64,000 bases of DNA, from positions 1,876,402 through 1,940,401 of the forward strand of contig OY970309.1 in NCBI GenBank assembly GCA_963716395.1, in the 5' to 3' direction. Shown piece after piece: positions 49,801 to 58,226 of this stretch (its first letter is position 1; each line of letters starts with the position of its first letter). The notes beneath the pieces are model-generated. The model worked only from the letters and a program-made list of their open reading frames with translations, was not told the DNA's origin and made no database searches. The translations under genes were made by a program, and so were the position numbers. The stretch comes from an uncultured Fibrobacteria bacterium (GTDB taxonomy: Bacteria; Fibrobacterota; Fibrobacteria; UBA11236).

Positions 49801-50401
49801 GGAGCGGCTCAAAGCTCTGGCGCCTCCGACGGCGGCTGACGCCGAATCCGCCCCCCGCCGGTTCGACAAATCGGGCGGCCCCAAAACCGAAGTGGTGCTG
49901 GGCGGGTTGATCGCGCGCCTCAAGACGCGCATCAGCCCCAAGGACAATCGTACCTTCGCGTTCGCCGATCTCGAGGACTTCACCGGCAAAATCGACGTGA
50001 CCTTCTGGTCCGAAGTGTTCGAAAGCGTGCGCGCGCAGGTCGACGTCGACGCCATGGTGCTGATCCGCGGCGAGCTCAAATGGGACGCAGATCGCGGCCA
50101 GCACAAACTCATCGCTTCCAAGGTGCTGCCGCTTGCCGAGGCGCGCGCGCGGCTCGCCAAGAGCGTACATGTGCGCTTGCGCGCCGACGGCCTGGGCCGC
50201 GACCGGCTGGAGCAATTGCAAACGCTATGCGCCGGGCTCGCCGGCGCGTGCCAATTAGTATTCCATGTCGACACGCGCCGCACCCCCGTCGAGGTTTTGA
50301 GCGACCGCTATCGCGTGAGCCCCGATGCCGGCTGTCTGGACCGCTTGTCGGAATGGGCCGGGACGGGCAACGTGTGGTTGAGCGCCAGAGCTTACGCTTA
50401 A
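46859..50401 (+). CDS. dnaE: DNA polymerase III alpha subunit
   Basis: ORF 46412..50401; start placed at Met 150 (MATPFAHLHVHSEYSLL, PHP domain); polymerase core and OB-fold regions follow. Confidence 0.95.
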   Translation: MATPFAHLHVHSEYSLLRSTARLPGLIAQAKAAGQTALALTDHGNMFGMLEFYTAAHKAGLKPILGCDLYMAPDHRRNQVYAPGQPAWHQVVALAENETGYRNLLALCSAGHLDGFYQKPRIDRAAVEQWREGLFFLLPNVDSEAGYHIVHGQEKKAREILDFFAAACGRDRVFLGVEDHGRPEEREVNRFFLNLHHEGWSLVAGNDVHYVARADAEAHDVLLCIDGGWKLNDAQRPRFASDQYYLRSGAEMAALLAAYPGALENTAALADACSVTIGFGTLSHPSFPVPAGFADADAYLARLAEEGLPRRYGEPTPEMRARLRFELETMRHMQVAGYMLIVQDFINAAKARGIPVGPGRGSAVGSLVCYAVGITDVDPLRYHLLFERFLNPERVTMPDIDTDFSDSGRQAVIEYVVEKYGKESVAQIVTYGRLKAKAVLKDVARVLGIDHKEVERLNKFIPPLAKGLRRPAGDPTHDGVYASDISEVNQAIAAGGEPYRRLWEHAQNLEGLVRQAGMHAAAVIIAPRAVVHFAPLFQQPGSNQVMIQYDMRFSESIGLLKMDFLGLRNLSVIQDALQQIEENHGVALDPLRLPEADAKTFALLGQGQTVGIFQFESAGMQDYLRKLKPSSLEDLIAMNALYRPGPMEFIPQYIARKNGQEAVDMYHADLEPILRETYGVIVYQEQVMQIAQVLAGFTLGGADLLRRAMGKKDEKKMKDLKPKFIGGAKERGYDPALAERLWEVLIPFSSYAFNKSHSAAYAFIAYQTAFLKANYPAEFMAANMNSEMHDTTRLVVLLNDCRQLHIPVRFPDVNRSDAVFKAREGAIVYGLGGIKNVGVGAVERIVAERRARGPFTSLFDLCKRVDAHVLNRRALESLIFAGALPDEIPGNRAQQFAAVETALAWAAGRQADRERGQVSLFEAGGGAALETGEPVLPDVDAWPYPEMLEKEKEVLGLYLSGHPLEPYRAELEAFATAPLDPERLKALAPPTAADAESAPRRFDKSGGPKTEVVLGGLIARLKTRISPKDNRTFAFADLEDFTGKIDVTFWSEVFESVRAQVDVDAMVLIRGELKWDADRGQHKLIASKVLPLAEARARLAKSVHVRLRADGLGRDRLEQLQTLCAGLAGACQLVFHVDTRRTPVEVLSDRYRVSPDAGCLDRLSEWAGTGNVWLSARAYA

Positions 50402-51378
50402 TCCGTCGGGCGCGGCCTCGTACGTTTCCATCGCCGCCGGAGCGCGCGCAGCCCGTCGCCCAGGGCCCCGAGAAAACGGGCCGAGCCCACGCGTTGCAGC
50501 GAAGAGGGAAACTCCACGGGGTGCGTTCCGAAGCGGCGCTTGAACTCCTGCACGCCTTCGAGGCCGCTGCTGCCGGTGAGATCGAAGACCGCGAAGCCGC
50601 GGCGCCGCGCGTCGAGGATCATGTCGTGCAACAGGATTTGCGAAACCCCGAAAGAGAAATAATGTTCGTCGGCCGCGCCGTGCCACAAGACCACGTGCCG
50701 GTTGTGGTAAAAGGTGAGATAACCCGAGCCGATGACGCCTTGGTGTTCGGCCACCCATAGCCGCAGCGCCGGCGAGTTCCCCAACTTGCGGCGGATATCG
50801 TCGAACAGTGCCCGGGGATAAGCGGCGGTGGTGCGCGCCCCCCAGCGTTGCAGCGAAAGTTCGTAGAGAGCGTAATAGCGATCCCAATCGGCCGGAGCTT
50901 CCGCCGCGCGTGTGCGCACCTGGTTGCGCAGCGCCACCCGCACCCGGCGGCGCTGGCCCTGATCCCAGTCGCGCATGGGATTTTCGGGATCCAGCGCGTC
51001 CAAATCGATGGTCTGGATGCGCGAGGTAAAAGTGCGGCCCACGGTGATGGCATTGGGGGTGAAGGGCGAGGAAATAAGCAGCACGTTCAACCCCCGTAAC
51101 GCTTGTGCGACTGCGCGCAATTCGTCGCGTGCGAGGAGTCGGGCGCAAATGGGCGCGGCATAGGTGCCGAAGGGGCTGAAATAGCGATCGCTGCCCCAGC
51201 GCCGGGTCTTGAGCAGCGGCAGGCAAATCGGCGTCTCACCTGCCTGCAGCAGCAGGGGCGCGACTTCGGCCCGATAATGGCGGGCGCCGATGCCCAGCCA
51301 TTCAGGTGTTTGGTAAAAAGTGCAGCCGGGGTCCGCGCGGCACAGCTCGCTCCACAACGGCTCGGGGCAAAGTTCCAT
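50398..51378 (-). CDS. FemAB/BioF2-like GNAT-fold acyltransferase
   Basis: 326 aa; reads as a FemAB-type (Acetyltransf_6-like) domain; convergent with dnaE, ends overlapping by 4 bp. Confidence 0.65.
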   Translation of the reverse strand: MELCPEPLWSELCRADPGCTFYQTPEWLGIGARHYRAEVAPLLLQAGETPICLPLLKTRRWGSDRYFSPFGTYAAPICARLLARDELRAVAQALRGLNVLLISSPFTPNAITVGRTFTSRIQTIDLDALDPENPMRDWDQGQRRRVRVALRNQVRTRAAEAPADWDRYYALYELSLQRWGARTTAAYPRALFDDIRRKLGNSPALRLWVAEHQGVIGSGYLTFYHNRHVVLWHGAADEHYFSFGVSQILLHDMILDARRRGFAVFDLTGSSGLEGVQEFKRRFGTHPVEFPSSLQRVGSARFLGALGDGLRALRRRWKRTRPRPTD

Positions 51379-51482
51379 CGGCGCTTAGGCGAATATCGCT
51401 GCCGAGTCTCGGCCACACGGGCGGACGCCTGTGTTGGTCCGGCGCTGCGGCAAAGTTCGGTGGGGAGAGGGAATGGAAATAG

Positions 51483-51505
51483 GAAAAAGTCCGGCCTTAA
51501 GCCGG
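51483..51505 (-). terminator. Possible intrinsic terminator (minus strand)
   Basis: CCGGC-CTTAA-GCCGG hairpin followed on the minus strand by ACTTTTTCC; downstream of DivIVA and a small ORF. Confidence 0.35.
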
Positions 51506-51533
51506 CTGTGCGGAAAGCCGCAAACGGTGCGCG

Positions 51534-51695
51534 TCAAACGCCGTCGGTCGGTTCGCCTGCGTCGGGTTTTTCCCGGAAGACGCGGAGCACGATGCGGCCC
51601 ACGGCCAGAGCGATGCCCACAAAGGCCGCGAACCCCAGCGCCTTCAACAACTTCGAACCGGATTTTCCTTCGGATGCCATATCTTCGGTCTGCAT
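51534..51695 (-). CDS. Possible small membrane protein (53 aa)
   Basis: Not in the ORF track (under 60 aa); MQTEDMASEGKSGSKLLKALGFAAFVGIALAVGRIVLRVFREKPDAGEPTDGV has one hydrophobic helix with charged flanks; sits between DivIVA and the hairpin. Confidence 0.3.
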   Translation of the reverse strand: MQTEDMASEGKSGSKLLKALGFAAFVGIALAVGRIVLRVFREKPDAGEPTDGV

Positions 51696-51823
51696 GATGC
51701 GGTACGTTCCCCAACTGCGTCTGACGCCATTCTACCACGTGCCGCGATTCCTATCCAATCAAATCGGGTTCGCGTGGCCGGCACCAACACCTTGCAATAT
51801 ACAATCCAGGGGCAGCGTTCGGG

Positions 51824-52303
51824 TTACCCTTCGCGGGCCGAGGCGATTTCGCGTTCTTCGGCTTCCATCATGGCTTCGAGGATTTGGGCTTGACTGCGCA
51901 GGAGATTTCGGAAGCGGACGAAAAACTGCTGCTTTTGGTTTTCCAGGCTGAAAATTTCGGCGCGTAAATTCGCGATATGCTCGCGCGACCCGCGCAGTTC
52001 TTCGTCGGCGCGCAATTGCGCCTGCTGCACGATGAGGTCGGCCTCCTGCTCCGCCGACCGGCGCTTCTCTTCCAGCGTCTGCTGCATGGTGATCACGGCG
52101 TCTTGCAGGGTTTTTTCGATGAGCCGGTAATGGTTCACCCGCTCTTCGGAAATTTTGAGCCGCTCCGAAAGCTGGGCGTTCTGGCGGTTCAACTCCTCGA
52201 ATTCCTTGGCGATGGAATCGAGCAGCGCCCGCACTTCGTCCGGATCATAGCCGCGAAACTTCGCAGAGAACTCGTGCTTCTTGATGTCGAGGGGTGTGAT
52301 CAT
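51824..52303 (-). CDS. DivIVA-domain cell division protein
   Basis: 159 aa; N-terminus MITPLDIKKHEFSAKFRGYDPDEVRALLD typical of DivIVA; coiled-coil remainder; GGAGG RBS. Confidence 0.85.
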   Translation of the reverse strand: MITPLDIKKHEFSAKFRGYDPDEVRALLDSIAKEFEELNRQNAQLSERLKISEERVNHYRLIEKTLQDAVITMQQTLEEKRRSAEQEADLIVQQAQLRADEELRGSREHIANLRAEIFSLENQKQQFFVRFRNLLRSQAQILEAMMEAEEREIASAREG

Positions 52304-52394
52304 GCATCCTCCGGCGGTCGCAAATTTGAAAAGTGCAAAAATGGGGAGGGGCGCGGTGGGAAATGCGTTTCAATTTACCTATGCTCAGAATTTT

Positions 52395-53843
52395 ATGCAC
52401 GCAACCATGACCGGAAAAGATTATCTGGACCCGATCTTCGCCGCCCTGACGACGCTGACTTCACACGGGCTGGAAAGCGTGTTCGGCACCGGCATGCACA
52501 CTTGCGTTGTCGGCAGCGTTACCTGGGCGGATTTGGGAACGGTGCTTTGCCTGCTGCTTTTCGTTCTGCTCGTCCATGCTCTGGCCGCCACCTTTCTGCG
52601 GCACAAAACCCGGCAGGCCGCGGCGACCCCAGGCGGGGAATTGCACCATCATGTCTTTGGCGCGTTGGGCAAGCCTTTTTATGCGCTGATCTGGATTTAC
52701 GGCGTCTATCTGGCCGCGATGCCGCTGCTGCTGAAACTGCCGGCGGATCCAGAATTGCACGTTGTCCGGACGGGTTTTAACAAGGTGTTCGATCTGGGCG
52801 TTTTTGCGGTCGTGTTTTGGCTGTTCTTCCGCTTCACGCGGGTTTTGGAAGCGTGGCTGGCGGTTTGGGCCTCCAAAACGAACAGCAAGCTCGACGATTT
52901 GTTCGTGCCGCTGGTGGGCCGGAGTCTGCGCGTGATCGTGCCGGTGGTGGGAATCATCTTTGCCCTGCCCATCCTCGGGTTGCCGCCCGAATACGCGGGT
53001 GTTTTTGCCAAGGGCAGCAGCATTCTGCTGATCATCGCAGTGTCGGTCATCCTCTTTCAGACCGTGAGCCTGGGCGAAAAAGCCGTCCTGGCGGAATATG
53101 ACATCAAGGCGTCAGACAATCTTCAGGCCCGCAAGATTTACACCCAGGCCCACGTCATCAGCAAGGTGCTCTACGCCGTCATCTCCCTGTTCACCGTGGC
53201 CTCGGTCTTGATGCTGTTCCAAGAGGTGCGGCAATTCGGCACCAGCATTCTGGCCTCGGCGGGCATCGTCGGGATCATACTTGGTTTCGCCGCGCAAAAG
53301 ACCATTTCCAACCTGTTCGCCGGTTTTCAACTCGCTCTGACCGAGCCCATCCGCCTGGATGATGTCGTGATCGTCGAAGGCGAATGGGGCCGCATCGAGG
53401 AAATCACCCTCACCTACGTGGTCGTGCATATTTGGGATGACCGCCGGCTGGTGGTACCGTTGAGTAATTTCATTGAAAAACCGTTTCAGAACTGGACCCG
53501 CGTCTCGGCGGAATTGCTCGGTTCGGTTTTCGTATGGACGGATTACACGCTGCCGTTGGACGAAGCGCGCCGGGCGTTGCAGGACATCATCGAAAACCAT
53601 CCGCTCTGGGACAAACGCTTTTGGAACCTGCAGGTGACCGACACAAGCGAAAAAACCATGCAGTTGCGCGTGTTGGCCACGTCCGCGGATTCGTCCAAAT
53701 CCTGGGATTTGCGCTGCGCCATCCGCGAGCAATTTATCGCCTATCTGCAAAAAAGCCATCCGGAATGCCTGCCGCGCGTGCGCGCCGAAATGTGCCCGCC
53801 GTTTCCCGCCGGCGATCCAATCCCTAAATCCATCGGGCCCTGA
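52395..53843 (+). CDS. Mechanosensitive ion channel, MscS family
   Basis: ORF 52281..53843; start placed at first ATG clear of the divIVA promoter; MscS signature (GIILGFAAQKTISNLFAGFQLALTEPIRLDDVV). Confidence 0.85.
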   Translation: MHATMTGKDYLDPIFAALTTLTSHGLESVFGTGMHTCVVGSVTWADLGTVLCLLLFVLLVHALAATFLRHKTRQAAATPGGELHHHVFGALGKPFYALIWIYGVYLAAMPLLLKLPADPELHVVRTGFNKVFDLGVFAVVFWLFFRFTRVLEAWLAVWASKTNSKLDDLFVPLVGRSLRVIVPVVGIIFALPILGLPPEYAGVFAKGSSILLIIAVSVILFQTVSLGEKAVLAEYDIKASDNLQARKIYTQAHVISKVLYAVISLFTVASVLMLFQEVRQFGTSILASAGIVGIILGFAAQKTISNLFAGFQLALTEPIRLDDVVIVEGEWGRIEEITLTYVVVHIWDDRRLVVPLSNFIEKPFQNWTRVSAELLGSVFVWTDYTLPLDEARRALQDIIENHPLWDKRFWNLQVTDTSEKTMQLRVLATSADSSKSWDLRCAIREQFIAYLQKSHPECLPRVRAEMCPPFPAGDPIPKSIGP

Positions 53844-53990
53844 ACGAAACGCCTGCGGAAAACGGCCGGGTCCGCGCCGTCCTCGAAACCATCGCGCTGG
53901 AAATCGACGGCGGCCGCAGTTCCGATCCACGCACCGCCCGCCGGGAATTCCAGGTGATCGCATCCCCGGACTTTGTTCTATTTCCCCAGC

Positions 53991-55301
53991 ATGCGGTTTG
54001 ACATGCTTTCTCGAAGCCGGATTTGGCTGGCCGCCGCCGCCGTGAGCGTCTTGCTGGGCTGCCGCGGCGCCCAAAACGAGCCCTTGGAATTCGCCGTGGG
54101 CGGCGTTCCCGCCGAAATGCAGGTGTGGCAGCAGGTCATCGCCGCGTTTACCGCCGCCACCGGGCAGAAGGTGGATTTGCTGCGCCAGCCGGCGGATTCG
54201 GATCAGCGCCGCCAGGGATTGGCCGTGGCTTTGCAAGCCGGACAAAGCCGCCCCGACGTCTTCCTCATGGACGTGGCCTGGATTCCGCAGTTCGCGGCTT
54301 CGCATTGGCTCAGTCCCCTGTCGGTTACGGGTGACACGGACTTGCCCGGCCCCCAATCCTTTCCCGCCGGCGCCTTGGCGGTCGACAGCGCGCAGGGCCG
54401 GCTCGTGGCCCTGCCGGTATACATCGACGGCGGCCTCTTGTATTACCGCCAAGACCTGCTGACGAAATACGGGTTCACGCATCCGCCGGAGACTTGGGAC
54501 AGCCTGGTGGCCATGGCGCGCAAGGTCCAGGCCGGGGAACGCCGGCACCATCCCGACTTTTACGGCTATGTGTGGCAGGGCGCGCAGTATGAGGGGTTGG
54601 TCTGCGATTATCTCGAAGTGGCCGCTTCGGCGGGCGGCGGCCTCAACGCCGCGGCTCCGGATTTGGATGCGGCGCAGCCGGCGAATGTGCGGGCCCTGCG
54701 CTTTTTAACCAGCCTGGTGGGGCCCGGAGGCATTTCACCGCCCGAGACCTATACCGAGATGAAAGAAGAAGAGGTGCGCCGCTATTTCCAGCGCGGCGCG
54801 GCCCTGTTCGAACGCAACTGGCCGTACGCCTGGGCGCTACATCAGGCCGCGGATTCGCCGGTGCGCGGCTTGGTGGGCATGGCGCCGCTGCCGCATTTTC
54901 CCGGACACGTTTCGGCCGCGACCTTGGGAGGCTGGCATGTGGGCATCTCGCGCTTCACCCGCCATTCCGCTGCCGCCCGGAAACTGGTCGGTTACCTGGT
55001 CTCGTTGCCGGTGCAGCGGCGCTTGGCTTTGCAACTGGGTTGGAATCCGGGACGCATGGAGATTTACCGCGACACGGCGGTTCTGGCCCGGCGGCCCGAT
55101 TTCAAAGAACTGCGGACGGTGTTCGCGCATGCCGTGGCGCGGCCCAATGTGCCTTATTGGTCGCCGCTCTCCGAAGTTCTGCAACGCCATCTAAACGCCG
55201 CCTTGGCCGGCAAAGCCACGCCGGAGGCCGCGTTGCAGGCGGCGCAACGCGAACTCGCCGCGGTCACGGCGCGGTATCGCGACGTGGGAAGCCATGACTG
55301 A
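53991..55301 (+). CDS. ABC transporter substrate-binding lipoprotein (carbohydrate type)
   Basis: ORF 53973..55301; start placed at Met 7; lipoprotein signal peptide (LLGC); family-1 SBP pattern. Confidence 0.85.
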   Translation: MRFDMLSRSRIWLAAAAVSVLLGCRGAQNEPLEFAVGGVPAEMQVWQQVIAAFTAATGQKVDLLRQPADSDQRRQGLAVALQAGQSRPDVFLMDVAWIPQFAASHWLSPLSVTGDTDLPGPQSFPAGALAVDSAQGRLVALPVYIDGGLLYYRQDLLTKYGFTHPPETWDSLVAMARKVQAGERRHHPDFYGYVWQGAQYEGLVCDYLEVAASAGGGLNAAAPDLDAAQPANVRALRFLTSLVGPGGISPPETYTEMKEEEVRRYFQRGAALFERNWPYAWALHQAADSPVRGLVGMAPLPHFPGHVSAATLGGWHVGISRFTRHSAAARKLVGYLVSLPVQRRLALQLGWNPGRMEIYRDTAVLARRPDFKELRTVFAHAVARPNVPYWSPLSEVLQRHLNAALAGKATPEAALQAAQRELAAVTARYRDVGSHD

Positions 55302-56184
55302 ATCCGGCGGCTGGCGCACGGCCTGGCCGTATCTGTTGCCGGCCCTGCTGGCCGCCGCCGTCTTTTTGCTCTTTCCCCTGGGCGGCACCTTGGTGACGAG
55401 TTTTTTCCGTGACGTGTCGTTTTTGCCGACTCGCTTCATCGGCGGCGGAAATTACCGGGCCCTGCTGCGCGACCCGGCCTTTTGGCAGGCGTTCCGGTTC
55501 ACCGTGTTTTTCGTGGCCGCGTCGGTGCCCTTGGAAACCGCGCTGGGCCTGGTTTTCGCCCTGCTGCTGAACCAGGTGTCGGGAGCGGGCCGGAGCGGAC
55601 GGCTGCGCGCCGGGTTTTTGCGTGCGGCCGTGCTGATTCCCTGGGCGGTGCCGGCCGCCGTGTCGGCGCGCACCTTCGAATTGATTTATCAATACCATGC
55701 GGGTCTGGTGAACGCGTTGCTCTCGCGGTGGGGAGGGATGGCGCCGGTGAATTGGCTCGGCTCAGCGCCCGGCGCCTTTTTCGCGTTGGTGCTGGCCGAC
55801 GCCTGGAAGACCACGCCGTTTGCGGCCATCCTCTTTTTGGCCGGCCTGGCCGCCATTCCCGAAGATGTGCAGCGCCAGGCGCGCGTGGACGGGGCGCATT
55901 TCACGCAGCGTTTTTTCCGCGTCACCTTGCCGTTACTGCGGCCGATTTTCCTGGTGGTGGTGCTGTTTCGCGGCATCGATGCGCTGCGCGTCTTCGATCT
56001 CAATTACGTGCTGACCGGCGGCGGCCCCGGCGGCGCCACCACGTCGCTATCGCTGTTCGGTTACCGCCTCTATCTCGCGGGGGATTACGGCCTGGGAGCG
56101 GCGGCGTCCATGGTGCTGTTCGCCCTGTCTTTCGCCCTGGCCTGGGTCTATGCCCGCCGCGGTTGGGCGCAAGGGGCGGTATGA
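55294..56184 (+). CDS. Sugar ABC transporter permease (MalF/UgpA-like)
   Basis: 296 aa; 6 TM segments; EAA-type permease loop; start overlaps the SBP stop. Confidence 0.9.
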   Translation: MTESGGWRTAWPYLLPALLAAAVFLLFPLGGTLVTSFFRDVSFLPTRFIGGGNYRALLRDPAFWQAFRFTVFFVAASVPLETALGLVFALLLNQVSGAGRSGRLRAGFLRAAVLIPWAVPAAVSARTFELIYQYHAGLVNALLSRWGGMAPVNWLGSAPGAFFALVLADAWKTTPFAAILFLAGLAAIPEDVQRQARVDGAHFTQRFFRVTLPLLRPIFLVVVLFRGIDALRVFDLNYVLTGGGPGGATTSLSLFGYRLYLAGDYGLGAAASMVLFALSFALAWVYARRGWAQGAV

Positions 56185-57009
56185 GCGAAGCCGCCCAGCA
56201 GCGCCTGTGCGTCGCGGCCGGAACGCTGCTGCTGACCGTATTCTGTCTGTTACCCTTCGTCTACATGGTGCTGGTGGCCTTCGCCGGGCGTCCCGATTTT
56301 CTGGCGCCGGGAGCGTCGTTTCACTTCACGTTGGCTCATTTCCGCAGCGTGGCCGATCCGGTGCTGCACGTCTTTGATCTGCATGCGCAACAGCCTGGTC
56401 GTGGCCGGGGTCACGGCCCTGCTGGCGCCGTTGCTGGCGGGCCTGGCGGCGTACCCTCTCGCGCGCCTGCGGGTGCGCGGCAAAAAGGCGCTGCTCTTCG
56501 GCGCCCTGGGGCTTTCCATGGTGCCGCCCATCTGCATCGCCGGCTATCTGTTTCGCATGGCGGCCAGTGTCGGCCTCACCAATACCTATCCGGCTTTGAT
56601 TCTTCCTTATGTCGCCTGGCTGCTGCCGCTTTGCCTGTGGTTTCTGGCCGGTTATTTCGGCGGCTTGCCGCGCGAATTGGATCGCGCCGCCAGCATCGAC
56701 GGGTGCACAACCTGGCAAATCCTGACCCGGGTGTTGTTGCCGCTGGCCCGTCCGGGGCTGATCTCGGCAGGATTGCTGGCCTTCGTATTCGCCTTCAACG
56801 AATTCCTCTTTGCGCTGCTCTTGACCGTCGATTGGCATGCCCGCACCTTGCCCGTGGGCATCGCCCTGTTTCAGGGTTTGCACGGCGAGGTGCCCTGGTG
56901 CCTGCTCATGGCGGTTTCCACCGTGGCGGCTTTGCCGGTGGTGGTGGTGGCGGTGCTGTTCCAGGGCCATGTGGTGCAGGGCCTCACGCGCGGGGCGGTG
57001 AAGGGATGA
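56181..57009 (+). pseudogene. Sugar ABC transporter permease (MalG/UgpE-like) with apparent frameshift
   Basis: N-terminal part (MSEAAQQRL...FTLAHFRSVADPVL) reads in the long 55482..58103 frame; remainder (RNSLVVAGVTALL... to stop at 57009) reads in ORF 56374..57009; span is 829 nt (3n+1); switch near 56375-56390; ATGA overlap with neighbours at both ends. Confidence 0.6.
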
Positions 57010-58103
57010 CGCCCGGGAAAAACCCGCCCGGGCTGCCGGTGCGCCTCGAACAGGTGCGCAAGGTTTATGCGGGCCGCGGCGCCACGGTGACGGCCATCGG
57101 CGGAATCGATTTGGCCGTGGAGCCGGGGGAGTTCTTCATTCTGCTCGGGCCCAGCGGCTGCGGTAAAAGCACCCTGTTGGACCTGCTGGCGGGATTGGCG
57201 GCGCCCGATGCCGGCACCATCTGCTTCGGCGCCGAGGTGGTGGCCGATCCGGGCCGCGGAATTTGGCGCACGCCCAAGGAGCGCAACGTGGCCATGGTAT
57301 TCCAAAGCTATGCGCTGTATCCGCATCTCAGCGTGGCCGAAAATATCGCCTTTCCGCTGCGCGTCGGCGGCGCCCGGAAGGAAACCGTCACCCCCGCGGT
57401 GCGCGCCGCGGCCGCGTCGGTGCAAATCCTCGATCTGCTGGAGCGCAAGCCCGCCGAACTGAGCGGCGGCCAGAGGCAACGCGTGGCCATCGCCCGCGCT
57501 TTGGTGCGGCATCCCGCGCTGTTTCTGCTCGATGAGCCGCTTTCCAATCTCGACGCCCGGCTGCGGACCGCGACCCGCGCCCGGCTCAAATCCCTGCAAC
57601 GTAACCTGGGTGTTACGACGGTGTACGTCACCCACGATCAGCAGGAGGCGTTGGCCCTGGGCGATCGCGTGGCGGTTTTAAAGCGCGGGCACATCGAGCA
57701 AATCGGACCGCCCGGCGAACTGATCGCCCGTCCGGCCACGGCCTTCGTGGCCCGCTTCGCGGGCAATCCGCCCATGAACATGCTGCGCCTGCGCACCGGC
57801 GAAACCCATCCGGGTCTGTCGCGCGAACGCCTGGCCGCGGCGGGGCTTACGCACGCGGCCACCTTCTTGCTGGGCGTGCGTCCCGAACGCATCGCCTTAT
57901 CATCGCCTGAATCCGAACGCGGCTGGCCGGCCGAGGTGGAATCCGTCGAACCTCTGGGCCGCGATCATCTGGTGCATCTTTCGGCCGGCGAGCGGAGATT
58001 TTCGGTTTTGACCGCCGGCGCCGCGCCGTGTGCGGGCGAACGCGTGCGGGCCGAGATCGACTTCGATTCCGCCCAACTGTTTCCGGATGACGGCGAAGAG
58101 TGA
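57006..58103 (+). CDS. ABC transporter ATP-binding protein (MalK/UgpC-like)
   Basis: Walker A GPSGCGKST, ABC signature LSGGQRQR, Walker B LFLLDEPLSNLD, C-terminal regulatory domain. Confidence 0.9.
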   Translation: MTPGKNPPGLPVRLEQVRKVYAGRGATVTAIGGIDLAVEPGEFFILLGPSGCGKSTLLDLLAGLAAPDAGTICFGAEVVADPGRGIWRTPKERNVAMVFQSYALYPHLSVAENIAFPLRVGGARKETVTPAVRAAAASVQILDLLERKPAELSGGQRQRVAIARALVRHPALFLLDEPLSNLDARLRTATRARLKSLQRNLGVTTVYVTHDQQEALALGDRVAVLKRGHIEQIGPPGELIARPATAFVARFAGNPPMNMLRLRTGETHPGLSRERLAAAGLTHAATFLLGVRPERIALSSPESERGWPAEVESVEPLGRDHLVHLSAGERRFSVLTAGAAPCAGERVRAEIDFDSAQLFPDDGEE

Positions 58104-58226
58104 GGCGAAGAGTGAGGGGAAGAGGCGCGGCGTCCGCCGGAGGGGTAGGTGTGCGATCCGTGCGCCGATCAACGGCGGAAGATCCCCACTGGGTAACACA
58201 AACGTAACGTTACACCCGTAACGGGT

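Noticed and set aside
51103-51951. 282-aa plus-strand ORF across the FemAB-divIVA intergenic region
   Set aside because: Overlaps the FemAB-like gene on the opposite strand and is Arg/Ala-rich low-complexity; the small minus-strand membrane ORF and hairpin explain the region better.
55482-58103. 873-aa plus-strand ORF spanning the ABC permease and ATPase genes
   Set aside because: It is a read-through frame that happens to contain the N-terminus of the second permease and the whole ATPase; its first ~230 aa are low-complexity and overlap the first permease out of frame. Not a single gene.
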